Positions 26,376 to 28,275 of a DNA stretch of 28,275 nt are shown piece by piece; the first letter of the stretch is position 1, and each line of letters begins with the position of its first letter. The notes under the pieces are model-generated. The model was not told where the DNA came from. It saw only the letters and a program-made list of their open reading frames with translations, and ran no database searches. Made by a program: the position numbers and the translations under genes. This stretch comes from Deferrisomatales bacterium (GTDB taxonomy: Bacteria; Desulfobacterota; Deferrisomatia; Deferrisomatales; JACRMM01). The DNA is taken from the NCBI GenBank assembly GCA_033551855.1, contig JAWSUI010000048.1:1-28275 (forward strand). The letters are read 5' to 3'.

Positions 26376-26453
26376 GGATCATCCGAGAAATGACCGGGTA
26401 CTCGTGTCCAGGGACGATCGGGCGGGCCCACCCGGTCGTTTGCCGGAAGAACC
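26376..26453. mobile_element. 78-bp miniature element with ISL3-like ends
   Basis: 24-bp imperfect TIRs (19/24) starting GG; flanks AGATTTAC and AAATTTAC (7/8). Confidence 0.7.
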
Positions 26454-26619
26454 AAATTTACGGCTATATGTGGGGATATCTGTCAGATTTTCCGTGGTCG
26501 CGCTCCTGGTATAGCATCCACCAGACTTGACCTCCGTCCTGGGGCTCTGGGATAAGGGGTTTCTCCCGGCAGCGCGAGCGGGTTCCGCGCTCCCCCCTTT
26601 TCTCCGCCGAGGTGCCCCC

Positions 26620-27627
26620 ATGTCCGTCAAGGCGATCGCCCTCCTCTCCGGAGGCCTCGACTCCACCCTGGCCGTGAAGATGATGGTCGACCAGGGGGTG
26701 GAGGTCGTGGCCCTGAACTTCATGACCCCGTTCTGCAACTGCACGGCCAAGTCGAGCTCGTGCAAGCACGAGGCGTCGCGGGTGGCCCGGGAGCTCGGGA
26801 TCCCCATCCGGGTGCGCGCCAAGGGCATGGACTACCTGAAGATGGTGGAGAACCCCCGCCACGGCTACGGCCGGGGGATGAACCCCTGCATCGACTGCCG
26901 GATCTTCATGCACCGGGAGGCGGTGGAGCTCATGGCCGAGGAGGGCGCCTCCTTCCTGGTGACGGGCGAGGTGCTCGGCCAGCGGCCCATGAGCCAGCGG
27001 CGGGAGACCCTGCGGGTCATCGAGCGGGAGAGCGGCACGGAGAACCTCATCCTCCGGCCCCTCTCCGCCCGGCACTTCGAGCCGACCCTGCCGGAGCGGG
27101 AGGGTTGGGTGGACCGCGGAAAGCTCCTGGCCATCGAGGGGCGGTCCCGGAAGGAGCAGATCCGGCTGGCGGAGGAGCTCGGGGTCTCCGACTACCCGTG
27201 CCCCGCCGGGGGTTGCCTCCTCACCGACGCCGATTTCGCGGAGAAGATCCGGGACCTCTTCCGGCACAAGCCGGGATACGACCTGCGGGACGTGCGGCTG
27301 CTGCGCACGGGCCGGCACTTCCGCCTACGGCCGGGCCTCAAGGTGGTGGTGGGGCGGAACCAGGAGGAGAACGAGGCCCTGGAGCGGGGGGTGGCCGAGG
27401 GGGACGCCCTCCTCGCCGGGGTCGACTTCAAGGGGCCGAGCGCCCTCGTCCGCGAGCCCCTGGAACCCGGCGACGCGGAGGTGATCGGGCGCGTCCTCCT
27501 GCGCTACGCCCACCGCGAGTCCGGCACGGTGGCGGTGCAGGCCGCCGGGGGGCGGCAGGACGTCCTCGCAGAGCGGCCGTTCCCCGAGGACGAGCTCTGC
27601 CGGCTGCGGGTGGGCGCGGAGACGTGA
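26620..27627 (+). CDS. PP-loop tRNA thiouridine synthase-like protein (ThiI/MnmA-like)
   Basis: SGGLDS, NPCIDC, TGEVLGQRPMSQ, PAGGCLLTD and GRHFRL motifs. Confidence 0.85.
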   Translation: MSVKAIALLSGGLDSTLAVKMMVDQGVEVVALNFMTPFCNCTAKSSSCKHEASRVARELGIPIRVRAKGMDYLKMVENPRHGYGRGMNPCIDCRIFMHREAVELMAEEGASFLVTGEVLGQRPMSQRRETLRVIERESGTENLILRPLSARHFEPTLPEREGWVDRGKLLAIEGRSRKEQIRLAEELGVSDYPCPAGGCLLTDADFAEKIRDLFRHKPGYDLRDVRLLRTGRHFRLRPGLKVVVGRNQEENEALERGVAEGDALLAGVDFKGPSALVREPLEPGDAEVIGRVLLRYAHRESGTVAVQAAGGRQDVLAERPFPEDELCRLRVGAET

Positions 27628-27775
27628 CGGCGCCGCCCCGGGCGGGAGACCGATGACGGGCTCAGGCCGCAGCGCGCTGCTGCTCTCCGGGTCGCCTCAC
27701 GGAGTGTCGCGGATGGCTGGCAGGGGGAGGGCCCCCACCGTGGACCCGACAGCGCGTCGGCGGCACGAAAAGGAA

Positions 27776-27805
27776 GAGGGCCTACGGGGTGACCCGTAAG
27801 CCCTC
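27776..27805 (-). terminator. Terminator-like hairpin after the tRNA operon
   Basis: GAGGGCTTACGGG-TCAC-CCCGTAGGCCCTC followed by TTCCTTTT. Confidence 0.7.
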
Positions 27806-27813
27806 GATACTGC

Positions 27814-27889
27814 TGGGGTGAGTGACGGGAGTCGAACCCGCAACCACCGGAGCCACAGTCCGGTGCTCTGCCATTGAGCTACACTCACC
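27814..27889 (-). tRNA. tRNA-His(GTG)
   Basis: G-1, anticodon loop CTGTGGC, GGTTCGACTCC, encoded CCA. Confidence 0.97.
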
Positions 27890-27906
27890 GCACGAGCGGA
27901 ACCGTC

Positions 27907-27983
27907 TGGCACGCCTGAGAGGACTCGAACCTCTGACCCACGGCTTAGAAGGCCGTTGCTCTGTCCAGCTGAGCTACAGGCGC
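27907..27983 (-). tRNA. tRNA-Arg(TCT)
   Basis: GCGCCTGTAGCTCAG..., anticodon loop CTTCTAA, GGTTCGAGTCC, encoded CCA. Confidence 0.97.
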
Positions 27984-28002
27984 GTTCGACGGGACGTTGC
28001 AG

Positions 28003-28079
28003 TGGTCGGGGCGAGAAGATTCGAACTTCCGACCCCCTGCGCCCAAGGCAGGTGCGCTACCAGGCTGCGCCACGCCCCG
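28003..28079 (-). tRNA. tRNA-Pro(TGG)
   Basis: CGGGGCGTGGCGCAG..., anticodon loop CTTGGGC, AGTTCGAATCT, encoded CCA. Confidence 0.97.
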
Positions 28080-28091
28080 ACAAGGCGGCAG

Positions 28092-28120
28092 AAATTACCA
28101 CACGCCCCGGTTGAAGACAA
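28092..28120 (-). promoter_or_regulatory. Promoter of the tRNA operon
   Basis: TTGTCT-17-TAATTT followed by a GC-rich discriminator. Confidence 0.6.
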
Positions 28121-28148
28121 GCTGCAGAGCCGCCCCTTGGGGATTTGC

Positions 28149-28176
28149 GGTTCCTCCGGTAAACGACCGGGTGGGC
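28149..28176. mobile_element. Single ISL3-like terminal repeat
   Basis: GGTTCCTCCGGTAAACGACCGGGTGGGC matches the reverse complement of 26426-26453 at 26/28. Confidence 0.65.
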
Positions 28177-28275
28177 TTTGTGCTGCCGCCGCTGCCAGAA
28201 CAACACGAAATCATTTGCCGCATTCCCCATTTGTCCCAGCCGGATGAGGGGCGGGTGATCGGGTAGCGAGACGAG

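Noticed and set aside
27814..28079. tRNA-anchored integrated element within the window
   Set aside because: No duplicated tRNA 3' end and no integrase were seen in the window.
27822..28247. 141-aa ORF
   Set aside because: It is the antisense reading of three tRNA genes.

Overview
High-GC bacterial chromosomal segment; gene content suggests an anaerobic deltaproteobacterium (inference only). 1-6.1 kb is a toxin-antitoxin (TA) hotspot built around a GT2-DUF2304 gene pair. It holds VapBC, a decayed DUF2283 pair, a hicBA cassette between direct copies of a palindromic 8-bp-period repeat, two MNT-HEPN pairs (the second toxin split by a 159-bp MITE) and an RHH-PIN pair. 6.2-13.1 kb holds an FAD oxidase, lipoprotein, methyltransferase, NifU-like protein, rubrerythrin, hcp and lgt. 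13.6-25.5 kb is a divergent sulfate-assimilation cluster: cysH-cysM-like-cysD-cysNC on the minus strand; small siroheme reductase-TusA-like-MoeB/ThiF, sbp-cysTWA and a cysK pseudogene on the plus strand. The window ends with an AbrB-PIN pair, an ISL3-like mini-element, a tRNA thiolase-like gene and tRNA-Pro/Arg/His. The best candidates for new biology are CysE-like C-terminal Ile tails on CysNC and CysA, the repeat-bracketed TA cassette, and the reductase/sulfur-relay module. All calls come from reading the sequence and recalled motifs; no database searches were run.
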